IMG/VR virus record: IMGVR_UViG_3300027708_000019
Length of the DNA: 64,000 nt
Direction: 5' to 3' (one strand)
Origin: a virus
In this document: piece by piece, positions 49,443 through 57,862 of the stretch
Numbering within the stretch: the first letter of the stretch is position 1
Layout: the number at the start of each line of letters is the position of its first letter
The notes under the pieces: generated by a model
Databases searched by the model: none
Seen by the model: the letters and a program-made list of their open reading frames with translations, nothing else
Told to the model about the DNA's origin: nothing
Program-made: the position numbers and the translations under genes

Positions 49443-50502
49443 GCATTAGATCGTCTTCTGTGATATTTAATATCGAATCAAATACAGATTCTAATGTTTG
49501 CTCACGATCGCCACTGTTACTGTGCCATACTGTCATTGTCTGCGATGATTCGAAATGCTCTTTCATTTCAGAGTAATCGATATATACTGTTTTATCTTGT
49601 TTAAATTTCGGTTTCTGTAAATAGAATTCGGAAACCATTGCGAAAGATGTATCTTGATCATTCAAAATATCTTTTGATTTATCAAACATTGGGATCAATT
49701 CTGGCCAATGATTTTTTAAGAACAGTGGCTTTAAACAGTATTCGAATATTTTATTGTATTCATCGACTGGTATTAAATTTGGTGTGTAGATTAACTCTTG
49801 CGAATTGACAAACGACAACAGTTCTTTACTCATAATAAATGAAGCAATCAACTCTGGTGTGTATAAGAAGAAATTTGAAATAGCATTTTCTTCTCTGTCA
49901 ATGAAGTATTGTTGAATTGGCGATGATGGTATTTTCCAAGAGCATTCGCTATATGTAGTACCATCTATTCCGATTGGATATCTGTTTAATTCCATGAGTT
50001 TTCCAGATACAAAAAACCCACCATGTTCAAGTCTTACTTGTTCTTGAACCCATAGATTCATCAGTTCTTGCGAAGTAACAAAACTGTATTGTTTGATTAT
50101 TGGTGCGCAAAATTCTTTAAAGAAAGTTGGCATATGAATTTTAAACAACAAGTATCTGAGTTTAAATTTCTCACAAAATTTCTTTGCTTGTTGAACATCA
50201 TCTACGTTAAGATTGTTTCCCATTGATGGAATACAAATAGTAAAATCTAATTGCGCTTCCAACATTGAGAAACAAATCACTTGCGTATCGAGACTACTGT
50301 CCCACATAACATAAAGACGTCTTTGAGTTTGCTGAGAAATAGTGTCAGCTGCAATAATACACTCTTCACGGAATGAAGAATACTCACGTTTACATGCACC
50401 GATACCAACTCGCAAGGTTTGGGATTCTTGTGATTGATTATTAAACCACTTATTGTGATCCCATCCCCAACGAAAATGATTATTCAGTGTATACTGAAAC
50501 AT
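49420..50502 (-). CDS. Hypothetical protein, degenerate PP-loop (adenine nucleotide alpha-hydrolase-like)
   Basis: LYVMWDSSLDTQVI aligns with a hydrophobic-SGGxDS strand; D...A..FC.......L; F..YTPEL. Confidence 0.5.
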   Translation of the reverse strand: MFQYTLNNHFRWGWDHNKWFNNQSQESQTLRVGIGACKREYSSFREECIIAADTISQQTQRRLYVMWDSSLDTQVICFSMLEAQLDFTICIPSMGNNLNVDDVQQAKKFCEKFKLRYLLFKIHMPTFFKEFCAPIIKQYSFVTSQELMNLWVQEQVRLEHGGFFVSGKLMELNRYPIGIDGTTYSECSWKIPSSPIQQYFIDREENAISNFFLYTPELIASFIMSKELLSFVNSQELIYTPNLIPVDEYNKIFEYCLKPLFLKNHWPELIPMFDKSKDILNDQDTSFAMVSEFYLQKPKFKQDKTVYIDYSEMKEHFESSQTMTVWHSNSGDREQTLESVFDSILNITEDDLMLDNNTDL

Positions 50503-50984
50503 TATGCAGCCCTTGCGTAATCCATAACAAACTTCATTCTATCTGCAGCATATGAAGCAGCAAATGCTTTTGGTTTAACCAGAGGAACAACATTACACAT
50601 TCCCTTGATGTAACCAATCGCTTCATTGATAACGCAACTTGATCCATGCATTTCATTTGGATTAATATCTAAATGAACTTCAATATCATTTGGGATTGCT
50701 TGAGCAAGTTGTAAATAGAGATCGGCAACTTTATATACTTCGTTCATCAAACGCATACGAGGTTTGTCTTGCTTTTGATCAAAGTCTTGTTCTTTTTGAA
50801 TAGCACCAAAGATTTTACATCCATTGTTACCATTGATGTGAACAACAACAGCGAGAATATAATCAGCCATCCAGCCTTTATCAACTCGGTATCTTTCAGA
50901 GTCACAACCAATATACACTTTGGTATCTGGTCCACAGTTTTCAATAAACTCTCTCACTTCGTTGATATCAATTTCTCTTTTCAT
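50502..50984 (-). CDS. Ribonuclease H-like YkuK family protein
   Basis: YIG.DS; R...EV...; EVHLDIN; KP.A.AAS.AAD. Confidence 0.75.
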   Translation of the reverse strand: MKREIDINEVREFIENCGPDTKVYIGCDSERYRVDKGWMADYILAVVVHINGNNGCKIFGAIQKEQDFDQKQDKPRMRLMNEVYKVADLYLQLAQAIPNDIEVHLDINPNEMHGSSCVINEAIGYIKGMCNVVPLVKPKAFAASYAADRMKFVMDYARAA

Positions 50985-50998
50985 TACTTTCTCCTAAC

Positions 50999-51083
50999 TG
51001 GTGCGAGTAGCCAGAATCGAACTGGCACGACCGAAGTCGAGAGATTTTAAGTCTCTTGTGTCTACCTATTTCACCATACTCGC
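50999..51083 (-). tRNA. tRNA-Leu(TAA)
   Basis: Cloverleaf with long variable arm, AGAGA-CTTAAAA-TCTCT, CCA end. Confidence 0.95.
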
Positions 51084-51090
51084 ATTTACC

Positions 51091-51168
51091 TGGAGCACAG
51101 AGTGAGATTCGAACTCACGACTTTACGGATTTGCAATCCGTTGCATTTGACCTCTCTGCCATCTGTGC
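51091..51168 (-). tRNA. tRNA-Cys(GCA)
   Basis: ACGGA-TTGCAAA-TCCGT, U73, CCA. Confidence 0.95.
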
Positions 51169-51169
51169 A

Positions 51170-51703
51170 CTAATATGCCCACGCTACATACGTATACCTT
51201 ATACCCTTTGTTACTTCTGTTACACTATGTGGGTAGATAAAGGTTGATGGAAACATAATTATGTCTCCCTGCTTCATCTCTATTACTTCTTTGTTCAATA
51301 AAAATTGTCCACCATCATAGTTATCATTTAGTGCTCCCAAAAATGTTAGCACTGGAATACCATCTGTTTTATTTCTGCGTATCAGATCAAAATGTTCTGA
51401 CATCACAGTTCCAGTTTTATACTTGTTCAATCTTATATTGCTATGATTGCTTACAAGGTTTGTTAATTTTAACTCATCGTAGTATTTTTGTAAAGCAATT
51501 TGTAGATATGGTTTTAGAATATCCAAGTTTTTATTGTAAAGAACATCCAACTCTTTAGTGTGTTGTGGTTTCTTTTCATCAGCAACATTGTTATACCAGT
51601 TATGCGTTTTCCATTCTTCATCAGTATCGTACTGTTGAATTACAGTTTCACATATATCTTTGGGCACAACATTAAAAACTCTTACAAAATGTTTTACGTC
51701 CAT
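51170..51703 (-). CDS. 2OG-Fe(II) oxygenase, prolyl 4-hydroxylase-like
   Basis: Y..G..M.EHFD, LND.Y.GG.F, GD...FPS.F.YPH.V.EV.KG.RY. Confidence 0.88.
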   Translation of the reverse strand: MDVKHFVRVFNVVPKDICETVIQQYDTDEEWKTHNWYNNVADEKKPQHTKELDVLYNKNLDILKPYLQIALQKYYDELKLTNLVSNHSNIRLNKYKTGTVMSEHFDLIRRNKTDGIPVLTFLGALNDNYDGGQFLLNKEVIEMKQGDIIMFPSTFIYPHSVTEVTKGIRYTYVAWAY

Positions 51704-51712
51704 ACGTTTCCT

Positions 51713-51789
51713 TGGTGGGCTGAGTGGGATTCTAACCCACGATCAATCGATTATGAGTCGACTGCTTTAGGACTCTAAGCTACCAGCCC
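51713..51789 (-). tRNA. tRNA-Ile2(CAT) (lysidine type)
   Basis: GTCGA-CTCATAA-TCGAT and acceptor resemble ileX rather than Met tRNAs; CCA. Confidence 0.8.
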
Positions 51790-52023
51790 AAATTTTTTAC
51801 GAATAGCAGCTGGTGCCTGCGTTCCCATAATCCTGTCTACCTCAACACCATCTTTCATCAAGACCAATGTTGGTACACTACGAACTTTAAATTGATTTGC
51901 CATATCTGAATTCTCATCAATATCAACTTCTTCAACCTCAACTCCGAGTGGATCTTTCTCTAACATTTTAGATAAAGACTTACATGGTTGACACCAACTA
52001 GCACTAAACTTAATTACTTTCAT
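51775..52023 (-). CDS. trxA: Thioredoxin
   Basis: True start MKVIKF at 52023 (AGGAG RBS); F.ASWCQPCK, VRSVPTL. Confidence 0.9.
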   Translation of the reverse strand: MKVIKFSASWCQPCKSLSKMLEKDPLGVEVEEVDIDENSDMANQFKVRSVPTLVLMKDGVEVDRIMGTQAPAAIRKKFGLVA

Positions 52024-52040
52024 GTTTTCTCCTGTTAAAT

Positions 52041-52115
52041 TGGCCTCGCCAGCAGGAATCGAACCCACATTATAGGTGTAGAAGACCCATGTATTATCCG
52101 TTATACGATGGCGAG
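52041..52115 (-). tRNA. tRNA-Arg(TCT)
   Basis: TGGGT-CTTCTAC-ACCTA, CCA. Confidence 0.92.
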
Positions 52116-52122
52116 AAAAAAT

Positions 52123-52212
52123 TGGCGGTGAGTCAGGGAGTCGAACCCTGTCAGCTACTTTCATAACTGTACGGATTAGCAATCCGCTGCATTACCATCC
52201 TGCCCACTCACC
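52123..52212 (-). tRNA. tRNA-Ser(GCT)
   Basis: GCGGA-TTGCTAA-TCCGT, long variable arm, G73 CCA. Confidence 0.95.
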
Positions 52213-52348
52213 TTGTTACTTTACGTAGCAACTTATACCAGTAATATTTAAACCCTCTCCAAGTTGGGAGAAAATTCATGTCCCAGAAAAACCCAACTTC
52301 TTTGGGCACATTTCCGTACGCTTTTTGTAATGTTTCGTCTGACTTCAT
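52208..52348 (-). CDS. Small hypothetical protein (46 aa)
   Basis: MKSDETLQKAYGNVPKEVGFFWDMNFLPTWRGFKYYWYKLLRKVTR; ATGA overlap with upstream gene; stop inside tRNA-Ser 5' end. Confidence 0.65.
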   Translation of the reverse strand: MKSDETLQKAYGNVPKEVGFFWDMNFLPTWRGFKYYWYKLLRKVTR

Positions 52349-52926
52349 GTTGGTCCATTCCCATTTTTAAATCCAATCGTTCCACCTTCTTCTTTGATTC
52401 TGTCAATGACTTCTTCAAAAAGAATAGGACGAAAGTCAGTTTGTTCTACGCAAACGCAATGGTAACGTGTGTCAACAATGTCAGTAATTTTGCCACCAAA
52501 TCCAGGTAACATAACTCTATTGCTATGAGTATGTCCATGAATGTTGACACCAAACCTACCAAGACTTTCAGGATGAAGCGGAATATGTGAAAGAATCATT
52601 CCATTCATCACATGATATGCACGCAGTTCACGAAAGTGTTGACGATATTCTTCATCTCTAAAGATATCATGGTTACCACGAATCAGAACCTTATCGCCAT
52701 TCAGTCTACGCATGATTCCCAGTGCTTTCCTGTTAATCACTACGTCACCAAGATGATAAACTTTGTCTGTTGGTTTGACAGTTTCGTTCCATGCTTTTAC
52801 CATGGCTTCATCCATTTCCTCAGGATTATCCCAAGGACGAAGTTTTGTAACACCATCATTGCGAGTAAACTTACAAACACCCATGTGTCCGAAGTGAGTA
52901 TCGCTGACTAAAAATACGCTTGGCAT
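52345..52926 (-). CDS. Calcineurin-like metallophosphoesterase
   Basis: SDTHFGH, HLGDV, GNHD, SH.P, HGHTH motifs. Confidence 0.93.
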   Translation of the reverse strand: MPSVFLVSDTHFGHMGVCKFTRNDGVTKLRPWDNPEEMDEAMVKAWNETVKPTDKVYHLGDVVINRKALGIMRRLNGDKVLIRGNHDIFRDEEYRQHFRELRAYHVMNGMILSHIPLHPESLGRFGVNIHGHTHSNRVMLPGFGGKITDIVDTRYHCVCVEQTDFRPILFEEVIDRIKEEGGTIGFKNGNGPT

Positions 52927-52928
52927 AA

Positions 52929-53357
52929 TCACTCCTCCTTGTAAGTTAGTCCAAGAACCTGCATCAATTTTTTCTTCACACGAAGATTTGGTTGACGATA
53001 ATTATCAGTTGGTGTAAATCCCATCATGGTCGCAACTTCAACAACTGCCCCACTGCGACAAATACCAGCAAAACAATGAACGACTACATTCATACGCTGA
53101 TCAAGTGCGCGATTCAACAGAGCAATAATATTTTCTGCTTGCTCATCCTGAAATTTACACTCATCAGGAAAATCATCCTCATCCTCAGCATCAAGAAATT
53201 CAAATTCATGAACCTCTTTGAAGTTGTGTTTGGGGTTTGGCTTCCAACCAGCAGGATCGGTAATGCTAATAAGCATAGCATTCGGTCCAGCATCGTAGTG
53301 AAATCCAGTGTTTACATCAGAAGCTGCTACGTTTTCGATAAATCTAATTGTTTCCAT
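52929..53357 (-). CDS. Protein-tyrosine/dual-specificity phosphatase-like protein
   Basis: VHCFAGICRS (CX5R) motif; ISITDP; PN..V. Confidence 0.88.
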   Translation of the reverse strand: METIRFIENVAASDVNTGFHYDAGPNAMLISITDPAGWKPNPKHNFKEVHEFEFLDAEDEDDFPDECKFQDEQAENIIALLNRALDQRMNVVVHCFAGICRSGAVVEVATMMGFTPTDNYRQPNLRVKKKLMQVLGLTYKEE

Positions 53358-53363
53358 ACCTAT

Positions 53364-53392
53364 ATTATACCTGATTATTGCTTAAAAGTCAA
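53364..53392 (-). promoter_or_regulatory. sigma70 promoter TTGACT-17-TATAAT, positioned for a leaderless transcript
   Basis: -10 ends 6 nt before ATG 53357; no RBS. Confidence 0.75.
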
Positions 53393-53412
53393 TACCCCTG
53401 GAAACTCTTATC

Positions 53413-53488
53413 TGGAGCGGGAGACGAGACTCGAACTCGCGACATCTTGCTTGGCAAGCAAGTGCTCTACCAACTGAGCTACTCCCGC
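53413..53488 (-). tRNA. tRNA-Gly(GCC)
   Basis: CTTGC-TTGCCAA-GCAAG, U73 CCA. Confidence 0.95.
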
Positions 53489-53491
53489 ATT

Positions 53492-53567
53492 TGGCACCCC
53501 CTGATGGACTCGAACCACCGCATGTCGGAATCAAAATCCGATGCCTTACCAACTTGGCGAAGAGGGT
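53492..53567 (-). tRNA. tRNA-Gln(TTG)
   Basis: TCGGA-TTTTGAT-TCCGA, CCA. Confidence 0.93.
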
Positions 53568-53576
53568 ATAATAAAT

Positions 53577-53650
53577 TTGTGGCAGGTGAGGTATCTAGTC
53601 ATTGTCTAGACAACGACTTGCCCATTCTCCTTTTACTTTCCTTACCACAA
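53577..53650 (-). ncRNA. Candidate small structured RNA between tRNA-Trp and tRNA-Gln
   Basis: Closing stem TTGTGGT.AGG / CCT.GCCACAA; internal hairpin AGTCGTTGTC..GACAATGACT. Confidence 0.45.
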
Positions 53651-53653
53651 AAC

Positions 53654-53727
53654 TGGCATCCCGATAGGGACTCGAACCCCAACCAACAGTTTTGGAGACT
53701 GCTATGCTGCCATTACACCATCGAGAT
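53654..53727 (-). tRNA. tRNA-Trp(CCA)
   Basis: GCAGT-CTCCAAA-ACTGT, CCA. Confidence 0.93.
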
Positions 53728-53731
53728 ATTT

Positions 53732-53998
53732 TTACTTTTCTATAACAGCGACAACATGTTCTTCAGTAAGAATAACACGTTGAGCACCTTCAAGAACAAC
53801 AATCTGTGACTTGCCCCAATCAATGAGAACAACATCACCAACATTAACAAGTGTTACTTCTGGACCAACAGCCAACACAGTCGCAGTTTTAGATTCGCGA
53901 GTTGAGTCAGCACCTTCAAGGATAATTCCTGATGCAGTTTTTGTTTCTGCTTTATTCTCTGCAACAAGAACACGTTTTCCTAATGGTTTTGCAATCAT
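53732..53998 (-). CDS. groES: Co-chaperonin GroES (copy 1)
   Basis: KPLG.RVLV......KTASGIIL; TVLAVGP.V..V.VGD.V. Confidence 0.9.
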   Translation of the reverse strand: MIAKPLGKRVLVAENKAETKTASGIILEGADSTRESKTATVLAVGPEVTLVNVGDVVLIDWGKSQIVVLEGAQRVILTEEHVVAVIEK

Positions 53999-54070
53999 AA
54001 TAATCCTCTGTTATTTTAAATTAGTGACATACTACTTATCCTTTTATACTCCGTATGTCAGGGAGAGGTT

Positions 54071-54159
54071 TGGCGGAAGAACTGAGATTCGAACTCAGGG
54101 ACCTTGTTACAGTCGGCAGTTTTCAAGACTGCTGGTTTAAACCACTCACCCACTCTTCC
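54071..54159 (-). tRNA. tRNA-Ser(TGA)
   Basis: GCAGT-CTTGAAA-ACTGC, long variable arm, CCA. Confidence 0.95.
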
Positions 54160-54167
54160 TTAAACTT

Positions 54168-54242
54168 TGGCACCCAATGAGAGAATCAAACTCCCAACCC
54201 AGCGTTCGTAGCACTGTGTGATATTCATTTCACCAATCGGGT
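54168..54242 (-). tRNA. tRNA-Arg(ACG)
   Basis: CAGTG-CTACGAA-CGCTG; atypical T-loop TTTGATT; CCA. Confidence 0.88.
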
Positions 54243-54244
54243 AT

Positions 54245-54319
54245 TGGTACCTCGTGACAGATTCGAACTGCCGACCTTCTCCGTGTAAAAGAGACACTCT
54301 ACCACTGAGTTAACGAGGC
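54245..54319 (-). tRNA. tRNA-Val(TAC)
   Basis: TCTCT-TTTACAC-GGAGA, CCA. Confidence 0.95.
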
Positions 54320-54320
54320 A

Positions 54321-54596
54321 TTATTCTTCAATGAGCATTAAGATTTCTTTCTCAGAAACCATAACTCTTTTCTTTCCTTCTACATCAATCTCGTGTGCTT
54401 TATGCCAATTCACAATACACACATCACCTATTTTTACAGTCTTAGTATCTGGACCAATGCCAAGTACAGTACAGTGCCAAGTGTTTCCACCAACACCATT
54501 TTCTTGACCAAGATCTAACTCAATACCACTTGCTGTTTTTGTATCTTTCTTGTTCTTAGCAAGATAGACCATATCTTTAATTGGTTTAATTTCCAT
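54321..54596 (-). CDS. groES: Co-chaperonin GroES (copy 2)
   Basis: KPI.D.V.L......KTASGI.L; TVLGIGPD...VKIGD; SE.EIL. Confidence 0.85.
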   Translation of the reverse strand: MEIKPIKDMVYLAKNKKDTKTASGIELDLGQENGVGGNTWHCTVLGIGPDTKTVKIGDVCIVNWHKAHEIDVEGKKRVMVSEKEILMLIEE

Positions 54597-54598
54597 AA

Positions 54599-55300
54599 TT
54601 ATCCTTTAATATAACCTGCTTTAATGTGTTCTTCAAGTGTAAGATATCCGTATTCTTCTGGCTTTGGATAAACATACTGATCATAATGGTCAGAGTTTGT
54701 TCTTCCAACTGGCATACAGTTTGCTCCAATAATCATTCTATATGTGCTTGGCGATGGTAGAGCTACATGATTTGCCCAAGACGGAAATATAATTGCCGTT
54801 CCTGGAACAAATGGAATCTGTTCTTGAATCGAGAAAAACTTTCTCGCACCTTTTTTAATTCTAGGCACAATCTGAAACAGATTAGCATTATGATTCTTAA
54901 AAGCAGTACCATTCGCATTACCATCTATATCAAACAAATACAAAACACCTGCTAGAAAGGTATTGGCATGAACATGTTCATGGTGATTGCCACCTTGCTT
55001 ATGTCTGGTTGCCCACATTGATGTAATACCAATATCTTTTTCATAACCACATTTATCCATCACATCCTCAAAACATGATGTAAAAAATTCTGTAACTTCA
55101 GACAGTTGAGGATGTAATGTTTTATCATTTAAATTACCATCAGTAATTTGTAAACCATTACGTTCTCTTTCAACAAAAAAGTTTTTGTCTTGAGCCAAGT
55201 ACGTTGTCAATTCCTTTTGTTTCTTCTGAAAATCAGGAAACTGATAACGCCAAACTGGTGTCGGAAAGAAATCGTGACGATCTAAAAAATTATTGTTCAT
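54599..55300 (-). CDS. 2OG-Fe(II) oxygenase (TIGR02466-like)
   Basis: FPTP, SMW....GG.H.EHVH.N..L.GV.Y, G...IFPSW..H...P.....R.II..N. Confidence 0.85.
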   Translation of the reverse strand: MNNNFLDRHDFFPTPVWRYQFPDFQKKQKELTTYLAQDKNFFVERERNGLQITDGNLNDKTLHPQLSEVTEFFTSCFEDVMDKCGYEKDIGITSMWATRHKQGGNHHEHVHANTFLAGVLYLFDIDGNANGTAFKNHNANLFQIVPRIKKGARKFFSIQEQIPFVPGTAIIFPSWANHVALPSPSTYRMIIGANCMPVGRTNSDHYDQYVYPKPEEYGYLTLEEHIKAGYIKG

Positions 55301-55526
55301 CTACTTTCTTACCCCAATCAGACACATTCCAAGCACGTTCATGGAAGAAGTACATAATGCTATTTACGACAAGCGCAAAACTAACAACACCAAGTCCTAC
55401 CATCCAGCTACCACTTGCTAACCAACCACCAATAAAATTGGTAATCGTCACAAGGATACGCCATGTAATAACTTTAGCAAGAGATCGTGGAATACGTTCT
55501 TGAAATTTCGTTTTAAAATTAAACAT
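55290..55526 (-). CDS. DUF2061-like small membrane protein
   Basis: RSLAKVITWRI...YFFHERAW..WG motif. Confidence 0.8.
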   Translation of the reverse strand: MFNFKTKFQERIPRSLAKVITWRILVTITNFIGGWLASGSWMVGLGVVSFALVVNSIMYFFHERAWNVSDWGKKVDEQ

Positions 55527-55542
55527 AATAATTCTCCAAAAT

Positions 55543-55571
55543 GAAAAAAGAGCTGGGGTTTATTCCAACTC
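55543..55571 (-). terminator. Intrinsic terminator after dctP
   Basis: GAGTTGG-loop-CCAGCTC + TTTTTT. Confidence 0.65.
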
Positions 55572-55575
55572 TTTT

Positions 55576-55604
55576 ATTATACTTTACTTTTGATTATTTG
55601 TAAA
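55576..55604 (-). promoter_or_regulatory. Early-type promoter TTTACA-17-TATAAT
   Basis: -35 at 55599..55604, -10 at 55576..55581, upstream of the DUF2061 gene. Confidence 0.6.
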
Positions 55605-55610
55605 GTTTTT

Positions 55611-56555
55611 TTATGCTTCCTGTATTCGTTGGACTAATCCAGGACTAAAGTATGTAGAGAATCGAGTATATACTTTGGATGTTAATTCTTTAAATTTCGA
55701 TTTCTCTGTTTCATTCATTCTTACTACTTCAACATTATTATCTGCGCATTGTTGTAAGATGTTTGGTATATCTGCTACCGAAGTTTGTCTTTCTTGTCTA
55801 GCAGCATTAAATGCAGCTGTTGACATAATTTCTTGAGTAGCTTCATCAAACTGACTGAAGAATTGTTTATTGACAATAATTGATGTCAAAAACAAACTAT
55901 GTTCAGTGTCATTAACAACTTCGAATGTTTTATGCTGCTCTAGTGGGAACACACGAACGTATGTTGATTCACCAGCTTCAATAAGACCTTGCTCAACAGC
56001 AGAATGCATTTCTTCTAAAGAGATACGATCTTTTGGCACAGCACCAAGCATTTTAAATGTCTCAACAGCAACTGGGCTGCGAGCCACACGAACTTTTTTA
56101 CCACGCCAAGAATCAACTGTATCAGCACGGAAATTAGCAGGAACAATTCTGAACCCACCTGAATATGTAAAACTCATTGCCTTCGTGTTGGAATTTTTCT
56201 CCACACTTGAAAGCAACTCTGCACCGATTTCGCCTTCTAATACACGATCAGCATGATCATGATCTTTGAATAAGAAAGGTAAATCTAATGCATGTAAATC
56301 TTTGTTGTAGTCAGCCAACCATGTTGTGTAGATATGGCTCATTTCAATTTCGCCAGAATCAATCAACCCCATTAAGTCGTCTTTCATAATGTGTTTGCCA
56401 TCATTGTATTTTTCTGAATAATCAGACAATGATAGAACTTCGCACTGGAAATTACCACCAGTCTTTTCATTTACTTCGGCTACAAATGCCTCAGCTACTT
56501 TTACAAAGTAGTCAATTGGTTCATGGGCAATCACCCAACGAATTGGTTTTGTCAT
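55611..56555 (-). CDS. dctP: TRAP transporter substrate-binding protein DctP-like, no signal peptide
   Basis: F...V.EKT.G; G.IEM; LDLPFLF.D.DHA..VL.G.IG..L; GGFR; G.KVRV; F..LGA.P; A..QG.I.A.E; T.H. Confidence 0.85.
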   Translation of the reverse strand: MTKPIRWVIAHEPIDYFVKVAEAFVAEVNEKTGGNFQCEVLSLSDYSEKYNDGKHIMKDDLMGLIDSGEIEMSHIYTTWLADYNKDLHALDLPFLFKDHDHADRVLEGEIGAELLSSVEKNSNTKAMSFTYSGGFRIVPANFRADTVDSWRGKKVRVARSPVAVETFKMLGAVPKDRISLEEMHSAVEQGLIEAGESTYVRVFPLEQHKTFEVVNDTEHSLFLTSIIVNKQFFSQFDEATQEIMSTAAFNAARQERQTSVADIPNILQQCADNNVEVVRMNETEKSKFKELTSKVYTRFSTYFSPGLVQRIQEA

Positions 56556-56588
56556 TTTATCTCCTGATATAAGGTACTATTACAACCT

Positions 56589-56596
56589 TATTTATA
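56589..56596 (-). promoter_or_regulatory. T4-type late promoter TATAAATA upstream of dctP
   Basis: Exact motif ~35 nt before ATG 56555. Confidence 0.7.
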
Positions 56597-56599
56597 TGA

Positions 56600-57862
56600 C
56601 TAATTTGGCCAATCTATATCATAACGCTGTAAATGGTATTTAAAATATCGTCTTACAGATAGGTTTTTTCTGTTCAAGATTTGGTAGTTGGAATCAAGTC
56701 CAAGTAAATGACGTCCTCTAACATCTTTTCGAACTTCCCTTGGTTTGCGTTTTGAGTTCAAATTTCCCAAAGATTCCAGCTTGGTTTTGAAATGGAAGTA
56801 CCAGTCGTTCTTGTCTAGATCGTAGATATATTGTCGCTGAGCATATTTGTATGTTGCAAGAGTACTACCAATTTTCTGACCATTGTTATTGTTAGCCATA
56901 CTCCATTGTTGATATTCGCCACCATTATACCAGTTTTCCATTGAGTCAATACATTCGCGAATCGGTATGGTATAATTAAAGTAGATCGCACCACGAACTG
57001 AACAATTTAAATACTTGACATTAAAAATTAACCACCAAAAGAAATCGTGTAAACTATGAATAGGAACAGATCCAGTATTGGCATTATGAACATACTTATG
57101 GTACAACAGCCTACCAAACTCACGACCCTCTGGTGTATTGTTATATGATAGATGTTTGATAATTAAATCTTTATACAAACTATAATGAGCATCAGCAGAA
57201 GATATCTTATTTTTGATTGACAATAAGTTTTGTCTTACCTCAGGACTTAAATCCTGAATGTAGTAATCGTAGTTGTGGTATAATTGTAAACCAATTGATG
57301 TACCAAAAATACAATCACCTTCGTCTGCAGTAATTGGTCTATAACCATCACGAATTAAATCATCATAGAAACATGTATATGAATCAATTACTTTTAATTT
57401 ATTGTGTATAAATTTTTCCCAGAATACTGGATTTTCAGCAATACTATGTATGCTGGCGCAGACAACAACTGATTTTAATTCTTCTTCATTTAAGTTTTTA
57501 ATCAACGAAGCAAGAACCAGTGTACTATCCATACCACCAGAATACATCACAACAAGTTTCTCACCATTATGAATTCTTTGACGCATTTGAAGCGCACGTT
57601 CATCAGTAACTTGTTCATACGATTTTGAGAAGTTTGGATCATATGGTGGCATTTCAAATCCAGGAATCAAAGGTTGTTTCCATGGCAACGACCACTCGCC
57701 ATTGCGTGTGACAAATCTATTTTGCGTTAGACGTTTTGCAATATCAATGTAGAACTTTCCACCTGCGCCACATTCTTCTCTGGTCTCTGCCCAGAAACCT
57801 TGTTGTGGGGTTTGGTCTAGTCGAATGTTATAAAAATAAATTGGGTCGTCTAATGCTATCAT
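56600..57862 (-). CDS. PP-loop (adenine nucleotide alpha-hydrolase / asparagine synthase-like) protein
   Basis: VVMYSGGMDSTLVL and IT.DEGD.IFG motifs (asparagine-synthase-like SGGxDS and tGegaDelFg). Confidence 0.65.
   Translation of the reverse strand: MIALDDPIYFYNIRLDQTPQQGFWAETREECGAGGKFYIDIAKRLTQNRFVTRNGEWSLPWKQPLIPGFEMPPYDPNFSKSYEQVTDERALQMRQRIHNGEKLVVMYSGGMDSTLVLASLIKNLNEEELKSVVVCASIHSIAENPVFWEKFIHNKLKVIDSYTCFYDDLIRDGYRPITADEGDCIFGTSIGLQLYHNYDYYIQDLSPEVRQNLLSIKNKISSADAHYSLYKDLIIKHLSYNNTPEGREFGRLLYHKYVHNANTGSVPIHSLHDFFWWLIFNVKYLNCSVRGAIYFNYTIPIRECIDSMENWYNGGEYQQWSMANNNNGQKIGSTLATYKYAQRQYIYDLDKNDWYFHFKTKLESLGNLNSKRKPREVRKDVRGRHLLGLDSNYQILNRKNLSVRRYFKYHLQRYDIDWPN

Noticed and set aside
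52024-52182. N-terminal extension of thioredoxin in the ORF track
   Set aside because: Runs through tRNA-Arg and tRNA-Ser; true start with RBS is at 52023
53577-53653. Possible tRNA-associated HDV-like (theta) ribozyme after tRNA-Trp
   Set aside because: P1-like stem and CCTC loop present, but no P1.1 GG, P4 or catalytic J4/2 segment follows
53378-54140. Plus-strand ORFs 53378..53809 and 53811..54140
   Set aside because: Antisense to tRNA genes and groES
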